A program made the translations under genes and the position numbers. The notes beneath the pieces are model-generated. The model made no database searches, was not told the origin of the DNA, and worked only from the letters and a program-made list of their open reading frames with translations. A DNA stretch of 64,000 bases, from NCBI GenBank assembly GCA_965240325.2, contig OZ251252.1:434001-498000 (forward strand), given 5' to 3'. The stretch's first letter is position 1. Each line of letters starts with the position of its first letter. This DNA is from Rebecca billardiae RCC1528. Taxonomy: Eukaryota; Protista; Haptophyta. Shown here piece by piece: positions 1 through 13,200 of this stretch.

Positions 1-221
1 GCCTTGATCGCGTGGTAGTCGTCCTCCGAGATCTCCAGCGTGTACAGCAGCAGCGCGTCCTCCGGGTCGGTGAGCTGCAGCCGCAGCACCTTGGGCGAGC
101 GCGGCGAAGGCGCCGACTGCGCGATGCGCACGCTCAGCCGGGCGAGGCGGTCCTCGCGCTCGGGCACCTTGACGCGCGTGGGCACCTCGGACGAGTAGAG
201 CAGCTCGTCTACCGCGGACAT
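1..221 (-). CDS. SAS6: Centriolar cartwheel protein SAS-6, N-terminal head domain (5' part only; gene runs off the window start)
   Basis: Manual translation from ATG at 221: MSAVDELLYSSEVPTRVKVPEREDRLARLSVRIAQSAPSPRSPKVLRLQLTDPEDALLLYTLEISEDDYHAIK. LxLxLTDxxDxxxLYTLEISEDD(Y/F)xxxK matches the SAS-6 head signature. Not in the ORF track because there is no stop in the window. Confidence 0.85.
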   Translation of the reverse strand, partial: MSAVDELLYSSEVPTRVKVPEREDRLARLSVRIAQSAPSPRSPKVLRLQLTDPEDALLLYTLEISEDDYHAIK

Positions 222-420
222 CGCGGACGAGCGGCGCGCCGCGGCCCGGGCTCGCCTGGCGCTGCGCGCGGGCAACTCAAAAGGCGATGGAGCGCAGCCT
301 GCGCTGCCAACGGTGGGCACACAGGGCCTCGGCCGGTGGCACGGGAAAGCTCAAACGAGTCCGGGCGTGGTGTCCATGACACTGCGTCATCCGGACCGCA
401 GCACTCAGCAGCGCATCGAA

Positions 421-840
421 ATGGCGCAGCAGGTGACGGCGGCGGCGCTCGCGGGCGTGGCGGCGGCTCTGGCGGTACAGCTGTACCGCAAGCAGCGGCG
501 GCACGCCGCGCACGCGACGGACGAGCGCATCTTCCTGCACGTCACCTTCGAGATCAAGAAGCCCAACGAGCCGGACTTCCTCCGAGCGTTTGCGCCGCTG
601 CTGCAGGCGTCCGTGCGCGAGTCTGGGTGCATCAAGTACCAGATGACCAAGGAGAAGGACGCGGCGCCCGAGAGCAGCACGTACGTGCTGCTGGAGGAAT
701 GGACCACCGAGGCGTCACTCGCCGCGCACGAGCAGACCGCCCACTTCAAGGAGTACGTGCCGCGCATGGCCGCCAACGCCAAGATCTTTGTCCTCAAGTA
801 CAAGCCGTGCGACGTCGCCGCGCTCGCGGCCAAGCTGTGA
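421..840 (+). CDS. Antibiotic biosynthesis monooxygenase (ABM / LsrG-YgiN-like) protein with N-terminal hydrophobic segment
   Basis: ATG at 421, GC3-rich codons. ESGCIKY...YVLLEEW...SLAAHEQTAHFK is the typical ABM motif set. N-terminal AAALAGVAAALAVQLY may be a membrane anchor. Confidence 0.8.
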   Translation: MAQQVTAAALAGVAAALAVQLYRKQRRHAAHATDERIFLHVTFEIKKPNEPDFLRAFAPLLQASVRESGCIKYQMTKEKDAAPESSTYVLLEEWTTEASLAAHEQTAHFKEYVPRMAANAKIFVLKYKPCDVAALAAKL

Positions 841-1211
841 CGAGAGTTCTGTGCACGGGGGCGCGGCCATGCCGCGTATATCTATAGACGATATGGAGTA
901 TGTATAGCGCTACGACAGATGGCGTATACTACGCGAGTGACGCGATGATATCTGTACGTAGTAAATATATATTAGCAGCTTATAATGAGACTTATATTGA
1001 CGACTACTATAGTCGGCGTCGCAGACGCAGGTCTCGGGACCGTACTCCGTAGTCCGTAATTATCACTAATCAGTAACTTCGACGGACAGTCTATACATCA
1101 GTCATACTCTGATTCGTCACGCGGAGTCTACGGCTGTCTACGCTGCCTACCGACTGGCACTCTGGCCCGCAGCAGATCGATGAACTCGTGCTCGACTGCT
1201 CGTATTACGGA

Positions 1212-4125
1212 CGGATATCCCACTGCAACAGATAGGATCTGATCCGCCTATGGCATAGGATGAGTTCACCAGAGCGCCAGCGGCTCAGTTCTGCGCATAC
1301 GATCATCGGTGTTGCTATATCGTACACACAACTCCACCGGCTGTCGACACACACCATCTCCGCCTGCCGCCACTGCCACGGCGGTCGCGCGCGCGCGCGC
1401 GCGACCGCGCGCGCGCGCGCGATCCTATGCCATAGGATCCGCGACGGCATGACAGCGTCAGTTGCTCGCCCCTGGCAGCCGAGCGGCGACCCTGGGCACG
1501 GACGGCGCAGGCGAGTGCTCGCACCGGATGCCCGCGCTGCCGCCCGCACCGCCGCCCACGCCGCCAGGCGCGTTGCTGCCCGTGGCCATTCTTGGGGCGG
1601 GGCGAAGAGAGGGCAACCGCCATCGTGCGTGCGGCCACAGACCTCCCACGATTGGTGGCGGCCGTCCTTGTGTGGACCACTAGCCCACGAATCCAAGAGC
1701 GTGCGGGTCGAGCGTCGCGTAAATCGACTGCGGCACACGCATGGCGTGTCTACAGGTGCGATACCATCCACGCACGCGACATGGCAAGATGTTCCGGCTA
1801 CCTCCGAGGCTTGCTCTACATGCGTGCCGATGCTCGATCGCAACCACCTGACGACGCGAGCGACCTGCAGCGGCTTGTGCGCGCAGCCCCGGCGTGACGT
1901 ACAATGCCATGCTTGGCGAGGACCAAAACGCATTGTGATTGAACCTCGTACGGCTCCGGTCGAACACAGTGAACCACGATGTGTGAGCATCAAGCTGGGT
2001 GTCATCACAAGTGCCACATGTTGGTCGGCGTTGCCACCCGGTGGAGTCGCAAGGCGGCAACGACCGCGACGGCTTCACGCGCTCCATCCGTGGAGCCCAA
2101 AACATGCGGTGGTGGTCGAAAATCACAACAAGCTCGCTCTGGCGGATGGTGGCGACACTGCTACCGACCCCTAGGTGCAGTCGTACCATTCGGCAACATG
2201 AGAAAATGTCGTCTGCTGAGTCGTCCCTGGGGCCATCCTATCACCTATCAGTCTAGGGGGTCCAGCACACCAAAATAAAATCGAAAAAATGCCTCGACGG
2301 GTTTTCAAGTGGAGTGAGCGCGAGTTTCGCCATAAATTCGAGCGCCGCGAGCGCGCGCGCCGAGCGGCCGGGTCGGGCTGTTCAGTGGGCTGGCGGCGAC
2401 GGAGATGTACGACTGGACGGTCATCACCACCGTCGCCTCGGCGCGACAGAGCGGGTACGAGCGTCGAGAACGCCCGATCGAGCGAGTCTGCGTGACCATC
2501 ATGATGTCCCCGGACATATCGGTCGCCGGCGTCGGACATTGAAACCGCGAGGTTGCACGCGTGCCAGCGCGTTCAAGCTGCCTCATGCGCTCGAGATGGA
2601 GGAGGGTGCTCCCCTTGCAGATGATGCGCAGGCTCCGCGCACGAGTACGGTACGGGTACGCGGTCCCAAACGCATGTACCTTCCATCTGTAGCGTTCCCA
2701 CACACGTACCTGCCCCCCTGATGGCCCCGCGGTACTCCCGCGCGCATGCTTTCCACCGCCGCATTCACTCATGCAGCCGTTGGGGAGCGCGCACCGTCGC
2801 GTGTGCCGCCTCTCTCCGACGCCGAGACGCTGAAGGTAATCATCACGATGCCTGCCGCTAGTTTCTTACCGGTGCCGGGTGCGCGAGCGCATCGACCTCT
2901 CGCTGGGCGACGTCCGCGCGCTCTTCACAACTCAAGGCACACGAGAACGCCACGGCGCTGAGGATGGACCCAGCTCGGCAAGGATGGCCCGTTGAACAAG
3001 AAGGTGGTGCACTACTGGTTTGAATCTCTCGCGTTCCGCCTCGAGTGGCCGGTTCCTTGGCCCTGCCTGTTCTCTGTGCACGGCCGAGGCGCACGCCTGG
3101 ATAGTGGGGCTGCAGCAGATGTGCGAAGCGAAGAGCGCGCACGGACGTCACGCTCACCGCGGAGCAGGCGCGCGACGCCGAGCCCGCCGGCGCCATCACG
3201 GCCGCCAACAGCCGCGCAGGCACATCCGAGGCCAAGGCGCGGCGTGAGGATCTGGCGGCGATCACAGCGGAGCAGCGCGCGGACCGCACAATGGTCAAGG
3301 CGGCGAGCACGGCGGGCGTGGCAGCAGAGTCAGAGAGCGCGAAGCTCGCCGCCGAGCAGCTCGCCGAGCCGGAGGCCACCTCGATGGCTGGGCGCTGCAG
3401 CCGAGGTAATCGTAGACCGGTGGTGGCCTCGCATGGGCTCATGGGCTGGGGTAGGACGACTGGCGACGCGGCGTCGGTGCCGGCTGAGGAGTGCCTGCGA
3501 CAGCCCGCCGATAGCCATATTCATCTCCGGCGCCCGTATTCGAATGTACCCGCATATATAGACATTGATTTGAGTACATATGGACTCGCATCGACCGTTA
3601 GTATGTACGGGTACATATATGCTCATATTTACGGGTACCTATCTGTATTTAAATGGGTAACGTAACATGCTCGATCTTGCTGCTGTTTTCCCTGAATTTC
3701 TACGCGCCTAGCATGGTGCGCCAAATATTCAGTCGCTGCATCATAAATTCATTCGACTGAGTGGCAACGGTTGTCAATAAGTACTACCGACCGCATTCCG
3801 TCATCTAGCCGCCATAACGGATGGGTACCACTTCGCTGAATCTCTATATGTGACACTAAGTGGCCGGCACGGCGCGCCCGCACGACGGCGCGACGGCACG
3901 CGGAGTCGGTTTTGAGTGCTTCTGACGGCTGGGCTGGGCTGGGGGGCATACTAGAGGGCACTTCAACAGGCGACAGCCTCGACAGACACCTACATGGCAG
4001 GCCTGTCGAATATCCCCAACCGCTAGGCTGAGGGCCTGGACCCCCTACTATCACCTATGCCATCAGCCATAGGAATTAGGATTGAATCCTATGGCCTATG
4101 GGATAGGATCGCGGTGGGATATCCG
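1212..4125. mobile_element. Candidate degenerate non-autonomous DNA transposon
   Basis: CGGATATCCCACTGC (1212-1226) is the reverse complement of GCGGTGGGATATCCG (4111-4125) at 14/15. CATAGG/CCTATG motifs cluster near both ends. No intact ORF inside. Confidence 0.4.
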
Positions 4126-4364
4126 ATTATAGCCATAGGCGCGGCGCCGCAGGTCACTCGAAGTCGACGCCACGTACGAATAATTCGAAACTGCGGCGCC
4201 GACTCGCGGACGTCAACGTGAGATCCGCCGACCCCAAGCTCAGCAAGCGCGGCCTGAGGCGCCCCGTCACACCGCATCACTCGACGACATGCGTATATGC
4301 ACCGCGATCACGAGATCGCCGCGGCCGGCGCCATCATCATCCTCGCTGCTCACACACAGACAGA

Positions 4365-7300
4365 TCACACGCGCGGGTGCGCCGTGGGGCTGAGCATCGA
4401 GATGGACTCGAGGTGGCGGATGCGCGCGTGCTCGGCGGCCATCCGGCGCGCGTGCTCGGCCGCCTCGAGCTGCTGCCCGAGCGTGCCGTTGGCCGCGTGC
4501 AGCGCCGTGAGCACCTTCAACACCTGCCGGCAGTCACGCCGCGCCGAGCGGCGCACCCACGGGGCGGCGCGCACAGCACCCGCATCGGTTGCGAGGCGAG
4601 GGGGACGGACGGGGCGCGCGCGTGCGTGCGCGGGCGCGGAGGGCGTCGCTCGCCAGCGGCTGGCGGGCTGTCGCGGCGCGCGCCCGCGGGGCGCTCGGCC
4701 GCGCACCTGCTCGGCCGCATCGCCCTTGTCCGCGGGCGTCTCGACCGACAGGGCGGCGGGCGCGTTCGCATCGCCGCCGTTCTCCTTGTCCGCCTCCTCG
4801 GCCTCGTCCGCGTGCGCGCGCGCGGGCTCGCACCGCTGCGCAAACGCGAGCACCTGCAAAGCACGCAGGGCGGCGCGCGCGGCGTTGGGGGTTGGTTGCG
4901 CGCGGTGAGCGCGCGCGTCCATTGCCGCCGCGGGCGCGCGCGCGCGCGCGCCACGCCGCGCACCCGATCGAGCGCCGCCTGCAGCTCGGCGCGCTCCGCC
5001 TCGGCCGCGGCCAGCCTCCGCTCGAGCGCGTGCGCGCGCGCGTCCGCCTCCTCCTCCGCCTGCAGGGCGTCTCGCACGCCCTCCGCGCCGGGCGCGGCGG
5101 CGTCGGGCGCGGCGGCGCCGCCGCCTGCGCCGACGTTGGTCGCGCCGGCGTTCTCCTTGTCCGCGCCCTCCGCGCCGCCGAGCGGCTGCGGCCGCCCCGC
5201 CTTGGCGCCCGCGCGCGCGCCCTGCTGCAGGCCGAGCACGCGCTCCAGCCTGCGCGCGTGTTCCTGCAGCCGTGTGTTTGCAGCCTTGAGCGCGTTGTTC
5301 TCCTCCTTGATCTTCACGTGCAGCTGGATCTTCTGCCGCGGGTTCTGGTGGCCCACCTGCGCACGAGGGGGCGGCGCGGCGCGGCGCGGCGCAGGCGGGC
5401 GGTGTGCCGGCGTGAGCGCGCCGCCGCCGCACCACGGCCGGCGCCACGCGCGCGGAGAGGGGGCATGGCACGTGCGGCCAACAGGGCCGCGCACGCGCAC
5501 GCGCACGCGCACGCGCACGCGCACGCGCACACGCGCGCACGCGCACACGCACGCGCGCACGCACCAGCTTGTCGAGCTCGGCGGCGGTGGCGGCGAGCCG
5601 CGCGGCCGTGTCCTGCGCCGAGGCGTTCGCCGCGTCCGCCGTGCGCCCCGCCTCGAGCGCCGCCGCGTCCGCGCTCGCCGCGCGCGCGCGCAGGCCCTCA
5701 ATCTCAGCCAGCCAGCCGCGCCGCTCCTCCGCCGCCTCGCGCACGGCCGCGCGCAGCGCGTCCACGGCGGCCGCGTCCGCCGCGCCCGCCGAGCCGGCGT
5801 CGGCGGCGTCGGCGCGCGCGCGCGCGGCGTCGGCCGTGGCGTCGGCGAGCTGCGCCTCCGCCTCGGCCAGCCTCGCCGTCGCGCGCGCCAGCTCCTCGCC
5901 CAGCGCCTCACAGCGCGCGCCCGCCTCCGCGCCCGCCGCCTGCGCCGCCTCGAGCGCGACGCCGAGCTGAGCGGCGCGCGCCGTCTGCTCGGCCGCGGCG
6001 GCGGCGGCGGCGTCGAGCGCGGCGGCGGCGCCCCGCGCCTCCTCGAGCTCGTCACGCAGCGCCTCCGCCGCCGCCTCCGCCGCCTCCGCCGCGCCGCGCG
6101 CGGCCGCCGCCTCGGCGAGCGCGTCCTCCGCCCGCAGCTCCGCGTCGTCCGCGCGCGCCTCCGCCTCCGCGAGGCGCGCGGCCGCGGCGGCGCGCGCGTC
6201 CGCGAGCGCGCGCTCGCCGTCCGCGCGCGCGTCGGCGAGGTCGGCGGCGGCGCGGGCGTCCGCCGCCTCCGCCGCGGCGCCGAGCTCGGCGGCGAGCTGC
6301 TCGGCGTGCGCGCGGTCCGCGGTCGTCATCGCCTCCTCCGCCGCCGCCGCGCGCGCCGCCGCGTCAGCCAGCTCAGCTTGCGCCGCTTCGAGCGCGGCCG
6401 CGTCCGCCGCGCGCGCAGCGGCCGCCTCGGCCGCGGCGCCGCGCGCCTCGGCCAGGGCGGCCTCGGCGTGGGCAAGCGAGGCGGCGTGCGCGTCGCGCTC
6501 GGCGAGCACGCCTCGGTGCGCCTCCTCTGCCGCCGCGGCGCGCGCCGCCGCGGCGGCGAGCTCCTGGCGCGCGGCGGCGAGCGCGGCCGCGTCGGCCGCG
6601 CGCGCCTCGTCCGCCTCGGCCGCGGCGCCGCGCGCCTCGGCCGCCGCCGCCTCGGCGGCGCCGAGCGCCGCGGCGTGCGTCTCGAGCAGCGCGTCGCGCT
6701 CGGCCTGCGCGGCGCCGAGCGCCTGCCCGAGCGCGGCGTGCGCCGCGCCCGCCGCCGCTGCCGCCGCCTCCACCGACGCGGCGGCGTGCGCCTCGGCCAG
6801 CGCGCGCTCGCTCTCGGCGGCAGCGGCGGCGCCGTCGGCGCGCGCCGCGTCCGCGTCCGCGCGCGCCGCCGCCGCCTCGGTGCGCGCCGCGTCGAGCTCG
6901 GCGCGGAGCTGCTCGAGCTGCGCGGCGTGCTCGGCGGCGGCCGCCTCGAGCTCGCGCGCCGCCGCCGCCTGCGCCGCCTCCGCCCGCCCCCGCGCCTCGC
7001 CCTCCGCCGCGCGCGCCGCCACTGCCTCCGCGAGCTGCTGCCTCGAATACTCGGTCGCCTCGAGCAACTCTTCGTTCGTGTCGGCGAGGAGGGACTTGTC
7101 GAAGGCCTCGCGCTCGTAGTCGGTGGTGGCGCGCTTGAGCGCGGCCTCGAGCGTGAGCGACTCCGCCGACGCGTCGGCGAGCGCGCGGCACGCGCGCGCC
7201 TCCGCCTCCACCGCGGCCGCGCGCGCCGCCTCGGCCGCGTCCGCGCGCGCGTGCGCCGCGGCCGTCTCCGCCTCGAGCGCCGCCGCCGCGTCGCGCATCG

Positions 7301-7707
7301 TGCGCAGCTCGTGCTCGGCGGCGGCGGCGGCGGCGGCGCGCGCGGCGGCGTCCGCCGCGGCCTCGGCGCTCTTCGCCGCGCCGGGCGCCACCTCGCGCAG
7401 CAGCGCCTCGTACTCGTCCACCACCGCGCTCATCTCGGCGCGCTCCTGCTCCCGCTGCCCCTCCGCCTTGGCCGCGCGCGCCTCCAGGTCCGTCATCGCA
7501 CCCATCACCGCCGACAGGTCGCCCTCGTGCTCCGAGCGGACGGCGGCGAGCTCGGCGCGGTGCCGCGCGCTCGCGTCGCGCGCTGCCGCCTCCGACGCGG
7601 CGAGCGCCGAGCGCAGCGCGCGCACCTCCTCCTGCGCCAGCGCGGTGGTGTCGGGCGAGGCGGTGCGCCGCCGGCTGCCGCCGCCGCCCTCGCCGCCGCC
7701 GCCGCCC

Positions 7708-7742
<35 letters not shown>

Positions 7743-9749
7743 GCTGACGGGCGAGACGTTGGCGCTGGGGGCGGCGTGCGCGCGGCCCGCGCCGCCACCG
7801 TCGGCCTGCAACGCGCTCAGCTGCTCGCGCAGCGCGATCGCCTCCGTCACCTGCCGCAGCAGCTCCGCCTTGAGCGAGCCCATGTCCCTGCGCAGCTTGG
7901 CGACCGCGGCCTCGCCCTCCTCTGAGCACGCGGCCGCGAGCGCCATGGCCAACTCCTCGCGCTCCAGGGCGAGGCGGACGACCTCGGGGTGGTGCTCGTA
8001 CGCGTGCTGCAGCCGCGCGATCACCGTCTCCGCGTCCACCGGGCCCTCCTCCTCCTCCGCCTCCGCCTCCGCAGCCGCCAGCGCCGCCGAAGCCTCGTCG
8101 GCGTCGGCGTCGGCGTCGGCGTGCATGGAGGGCGGCGGGCGCGCGAGCGCGGCCGCGGCGGCGCGCTCGGCCGCCTCGGAGAGAGGCTGGTGGGCGCCGT
8201 CGGCGTGGAGCTGCGCCTCGCGCAGCCGGACGAGGAGCTTGAGCGAGCGCTGCCGCGCGCAGTGGCGCTGCACCACCTGCCCCATCCGCGCGAGCTGCCC
8301 GTCGAGCACGCGCAGCCGCTCCGTCGCCGCCCGCTCTCGCTCGAGCGCGTCGCGCAGGGCGACCGCGCGCTCGGCGGCGCACGGGTCCGAGGCCGAGAGC
8401 GCGCGCGCGGCCGCGCCCTCGGTGAGGTCGACGCCCGAGGCGGCGTGCATGGTGAGCGCCTCGCGCAGCCGCTTGATCTCCGCCTGCAGCGCCCCCACGC
8501 CGCCCGCCGACTCCTCGTTCACCACCGCGTTGTTCCGGATCATCTTGGCGCGCTGCGCAAACTTGAGCGTCGAGAGCGTCTCCGCAAACGAGCGCGCGAG
8601 CGGCGAGACGTTGGCAATGATCGCCGTGCGCGCGTTGCCGCCCAGCGAGTCCTTGAGCAGCAGCGTGAGCTTCGAGTCACGGTAGGGCACGTGGCGCGAG
8701 CGGCCGGAGCTCGCCGAGGTGACGAGCGCCATGATCACGTTGCTGCGCGGCCGCGCACGGGCGAGGGCGGGGCGGCGGCGGCGGCGGCGGCTCAGCCGCG
8801 GGCGCGGCGTGGGGCGGGCGGGCGGGCGGGTGGCGCGGGCGCGCGCGCGGCCGCACCCGAGCGCGGAGAGCGACTTGTTGATGTTGCACGCCTCCTGCAG
8901 GCGCTGGCCCGTCGCGTGCGTGTCCTTCTGCCGCTCCGAGCCCGCGAGGTCGACGAGGTTGAACTGCGCCGAGCGCGTGGACACGAGGCCGGTGCGCGCG
9001 TTTGTCGACTGCGACTCGATCGTGAGCGTGAACACAGCGTGCGAGCGCGACGACTCCTTGTTCATCGAGGTGGCGGCGACGCGGCGGTGCGCCGCGCCGC
9101 TCGCGAGCACGCGCATCGCCTCGCGCACGCTCGAGACGTTCACCGTCTCCAGGTTCTCCACGTGGATGCCGTGGCGCAGGTCCTCGCGCAGCCGCGGCGG
9201 CGCGGCGCCGCCGTGCTGGTCGAGCAGGTCGGTGAGCTGCTCGTTGTAGATCTCGAGGTACGAGCACTTGCAGAGGAAGTTGACGGCGCCGTCGGAGGTG
9301 CGCTCGGTGCGCGCGATGTGCGAGAAGATGTACGCCAGCGCGCGCGGCGTCAGGCCCGACTGCTCCGAGATCTCGTCGCCGGCGGCCGCGGTGGCGGCGC
9401 GCTCGTCCGCGCCGCCGCCGCCGCCGCCGCCGCCGTGCGCCACGTCGGGGCCGAGGATGGTGAAGGTCTTGCCCGCGCCCGTCTGGCCGTAGGCGAAGAT
9501 GGTCGTGTTGTACCCCGCCATGCACGCCTCGGTGATCGGCACGCCCACCGCGCGGAACACCTCCTCCTGCGTGGTCGCCTCATCGCCCGCGTGGTCAAAC
9601 GTGAACACCTTGTCCTCGGACGCGGAGTGCAGCACGACCTGCGCGTGCTCGCGGCTGACGGTGAGGCAGCGGCGTGTGGCGTCCGACTCGTCCAGGTGCG
9701 GCCGCACCCGGCAGTACACGTGCACCCGGTCGCCCGGCGTGCCGTCCAT
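4365..9749 (-). CDS. KIF15: Kinesin-12 / KIF15-like motor; introns 8743-8856, 5357-5564, 4854-4963, 4524-4706
   Basis: Motor motifs YGQTGAGKT, NKESSRSH, LVDLAGSE, HVPYRDSKLT; long Ala/Glu coiled coil; C-terminal LVGHQNPRQKIQLHVKIKEENNALK, the HMMR_C/KIF15 motif. All four introns are GT-AG, and splicing them restores conserved sequence (LSALG^NVIMAL). Confidence 0.9.
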
Positions 9750-9803
9750 CGCGCTCAACGCGCGCGCAGCAGCCCAGCGTGGGGCCCGCCGCTGATGCTC
9801 CGA

Positions 9804-9903
9804 TTTGAATTCGGCTGATGCCGCCAAAAGTCGGAGTACTTTTCGCGGCACTCATCAAAGCGAATTCGCAAATGACAAATCGCAGGCCGATGATATTTCG
9901 CGC
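9804..9903. promoter_or_regulatory. Possible E2F (TTTSSCGS) and CHR-like (TTTGAA) elements in the kinesin/EF-2 divergent promoter
   Basis: TTTGAA 9804-9809, TTTGGCGG on the minus strand ~9821-9828, TTTCGCGG 9841-9848, TTTCGCGC 9896-9903, all 55-155 bp upstream of the kinesin ATG. Confidence 0.3.
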
Positions 9904-10223
9904 GGCCATCGTTCCAGCGAAAGCTCGTCGGTCGCCGAACCGAACGAGTTACGAGTTCAGATCTCGTGACTGCGAGATTGCGGGATGAAACGGGTGCGCT
10001 GGGCTCGAGCGTGCGTGACCACCCTTGGTCCCCCGTGCGTCCGGTGCGCGTTCCACATCTCATTAGCGCCCGGACCGTCCGCCTTGCGTCCACGCGGCTT
10101 GGCTCCCCGCTTCTATCTCGTCACCGCCTGTACGTACTCGTAGCTTGGCCGCGGCAGCTTTCGCTCGCCGCCCACACCCAGTCGCCCGTCGTCGCGCGGT
10201 CCGCCTCCCCGAGCCCGTGCGCC

Positions 10224-13200
10224 ATGGTGAACTTCACGGTAGATGAGCTGCAGGCGATCCAGAAGAAGCCCTGGAACATCCGCAACATGTCGGTCATCGC
10301 ACATGTCGACCACGGCAAGTCGACGCTGACTGACTCGCTGGTCGCGGCGGCGGGCATCATTGCCTCGTCGGCCGCGGGCGACACGCGCCTGACGGACACG
10401 CGCCAGGACGAGCAGGACCGCTGCATCACGATCAAGTCGACTGGCATCTCGCTCCACTTCGTCGCCGACGACACCGTCAAGATCCCCAAGGAGTCGGACG
10501 GGCGCGAGTTCCTCGTCAACCTGATCGACTCGCCCGGCCACGTCGACTTCTCGTCGGAGGTGACGGCGGCGCTGCGCGTGACGGACGGCGCGCTCGTGGT
10601 CGTGGACTGCGTCGAGGGCGTCTGCGTGCAGACGGAGACCGTCCTCCGCCAGGCGCTCGCCGAGCGCATCCGCCCCGTCGTGACGATCAACAAGCTCGAC
10701 CGCGCGTTCCTCGAGCTTCAGCTGCCGGGCGAGGACATGTTCATCGCGTTCCAGAAGCACTTGGAGAACGTGAACGTGATCGTCGCGACGTACACGGACG
10801 ACGCGCTCGGCGACGTCCAGGTCGACCCGTCGAAGGGCACCGTCTCCTTCTCCGCCGGCCTGCACGGCTGGGCGTTCACGCTCTCAAAGTTTGCACGCAT
10901 GTGAGCGCACCGCGCACCGCGCGCGCGAAGCGAAGCGAAGCGAAGGGGGCAGGCGCGAGTGGGCGGTGGGTGGGCAGAGCGTGTGGACGTACGGCGCCGC
11001 GTGCCAGGCAGGCCAGGCCAGGCGAGGAGGCGGCGGGACGGCGGGTGGCGAGGCGCGCTCGCGGCGGCGGCCTCGGCGGCGCCGGGCACGCACGCGGGGT
11101 CGCGCGGCTCGCGCGGCAGTGGGCAGCGCTGTGTGCCCGCGGGATGGCCGCCGCCGCCGCCGCCGCCGCCGCGCCGCGCAGCCTGCTCACGGCCCCGCCC
11201 CGCCGCGCCGCGCCGCGCGCCCGCCCGCCCGCCTGTGCGCGCAGGTACGCGAAGAAGTTTGGCACGGACGAGGAGAAGATGATGCAGAAGCTGTGGGGCG
11301 ACAACTTCTTCAACTCCAAGTCGAAGAAGTGGCAGAAGTCGGGTGACGACGGCGGCGTGCGCGCGTTCGTGCAGTTCTGCATCGAGCCCATCCGCAAGAT
11401 CTTCGAGAACTGCATGTCGGAGAACTACGACGCCGTCGACAAGATGCTCGCGGCCGTGGGCGTGAAGCTGAACAAGGACGACAAGGAGCTGCGGCAGAAG
11501 GCGCTGCTCAAGCGGTGCATGCAGAAGTGGCTGCCCGCGCACGAGGCGCTGCTCGAGATGATCGTGCAGTACCTGCCCTCGCCCGCGCACTCGCAGCGCT
11601 ACCGCTGCGAGAACCTCTACTCGGGCCCGATGGACGACGCGCTCGCCACGTCGATCAAGAACTGCGACCCCAACGGCCCGCTCGCGTGCTACATCTCCAA
11701 GATGGTGCCCACCTCGGACAAGGGGCGCTTCTACGCGTTCGGCCGCGTGTACTCGGGCACGATCCGCACGGGCCAGAAGATCAAGATCATGGGGCCCAAC
11801 TACGTCTACGGCAAGAAGGAGGACATGTACATCAAGAACGTCCAGGTGTGCGCACAAGCGCGCCGCCGCCGCCGCCGCCGAGCCGCCGCGCGCTCACACC
11901 GGGAGCGCGCGCGCACGAGTCGGGTGTGGGCGCGCCGGCTCACGCCCAACCCCAACCCCCGCCTCGCCCGCGCGCCGCCGCCCCGCCCGCCCTCTCGCGC
12001 GCGCGCAGCGCACGCTGCTGATGATGGGCCGCAAGACGGAGTCGGTCGACTCGGTGCCGTGCGGCAACACGGTCGCGCTCGTCGGCATCGACCAGTACCT
12101 CGTCAAGGCGGGCACGCTCGAGGACGCCGACTCGGACTTCCACCCGATCAAGACGATGAAGTACTCGGTCTCGCCGGTCGTGCGCGTCGCCGTCTCGTGC
12201 AAGAACCCGAACGACCTGCCCAAGCTCGTCGAGGGCCTGAAGCGCCTCTCCAAGTCGGACCCGCTCGTGCAGTGCTCGATCGAGGAGACGGGCGAGCACA
12301 TCGTCGCCGGCTGCGGCGAGCTGCACATCGAGATCTGCCTCAAGGACCTGCAGGAGGACTTCATGCCGAACGCGCCGATCGTGATCTCGGACCCGGTCGT
12401 CTCGTTCCGCGAGACCGTCGTCGGCGAGAGCGAGCACACCGTCATGTCCAAGTCGCCCAACAAGCACAACCGCATCTACCTGATCGCGCGGCCGGTGGGC
12501 GATGAGCTGACCGAGGCGATCGAGAACGACAAGGTCACGCCGAGCATGGAGCCCAAGGACCGCGCGCGCACGCTGATCGACGACCACGGCTGGGACAAGG
12601 ACGAGACGCGCAAGCTCTGGTGCTTCGGCCCCGACGGCACCGGCCCGAACATCGTCGTGGACGCGACCAAGGCCGTGCAGTACCTCAACGAGATCAAGGA
12701 CAGCGTCGTGGCCGCGTGGCAGTGGGCCACCAAGGAGGGGCCGGTCGCGGAGGAGAACATGCGCGGCATCCGGATCGACCTGCAGGACGTCGTGCTGCAC
12801 GCGGACGCGATCCACCGCGGCGGCGGGCAGATCATCCCGACCGCGCGCCGCGCCTTCTACGCCGGCGTGCTGACGGCGCAGCCGCGGCTGCAGGAGCCGG
12901 TCTTCATGGTGGAGATCCAGTGCCCGGAGCCCGCGATCGGCGGCGTGTACAACTGCCTCAACCGCCGCCGCGGCACGGTCATCGAGGAGCAGCAGCGCCC
13001 GGGGACGCCGCTCTACAACATCAAGGCCCACCTGCCCGTCATGGAGTGCGTGCCGCGCCGCGCGCGAGACGCGCACGCGCGCCTCCCGCCGCGCCGCCAC
13101 TCACGCCCGCCCCGCTCGCCCCGTGCCGCCGCCGCTGGCCGTGCGCGTGCGCCTGCGCCTGCGCCTGCGCGCAGGTCGTTTGGCTTCACGGGCGCGCTGC

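Noticed and set aside
4218-9818. Very long plus-strand and alternate-frame ORFs over the kinesin (1235, 849, 669, 609 aa), and similar shadow ORFs over other genes
   Set aside because: Arg/Ala/Pro-rich antisense or off-frame products expected when stop codons are rare at very high GC; no recognisable domains.
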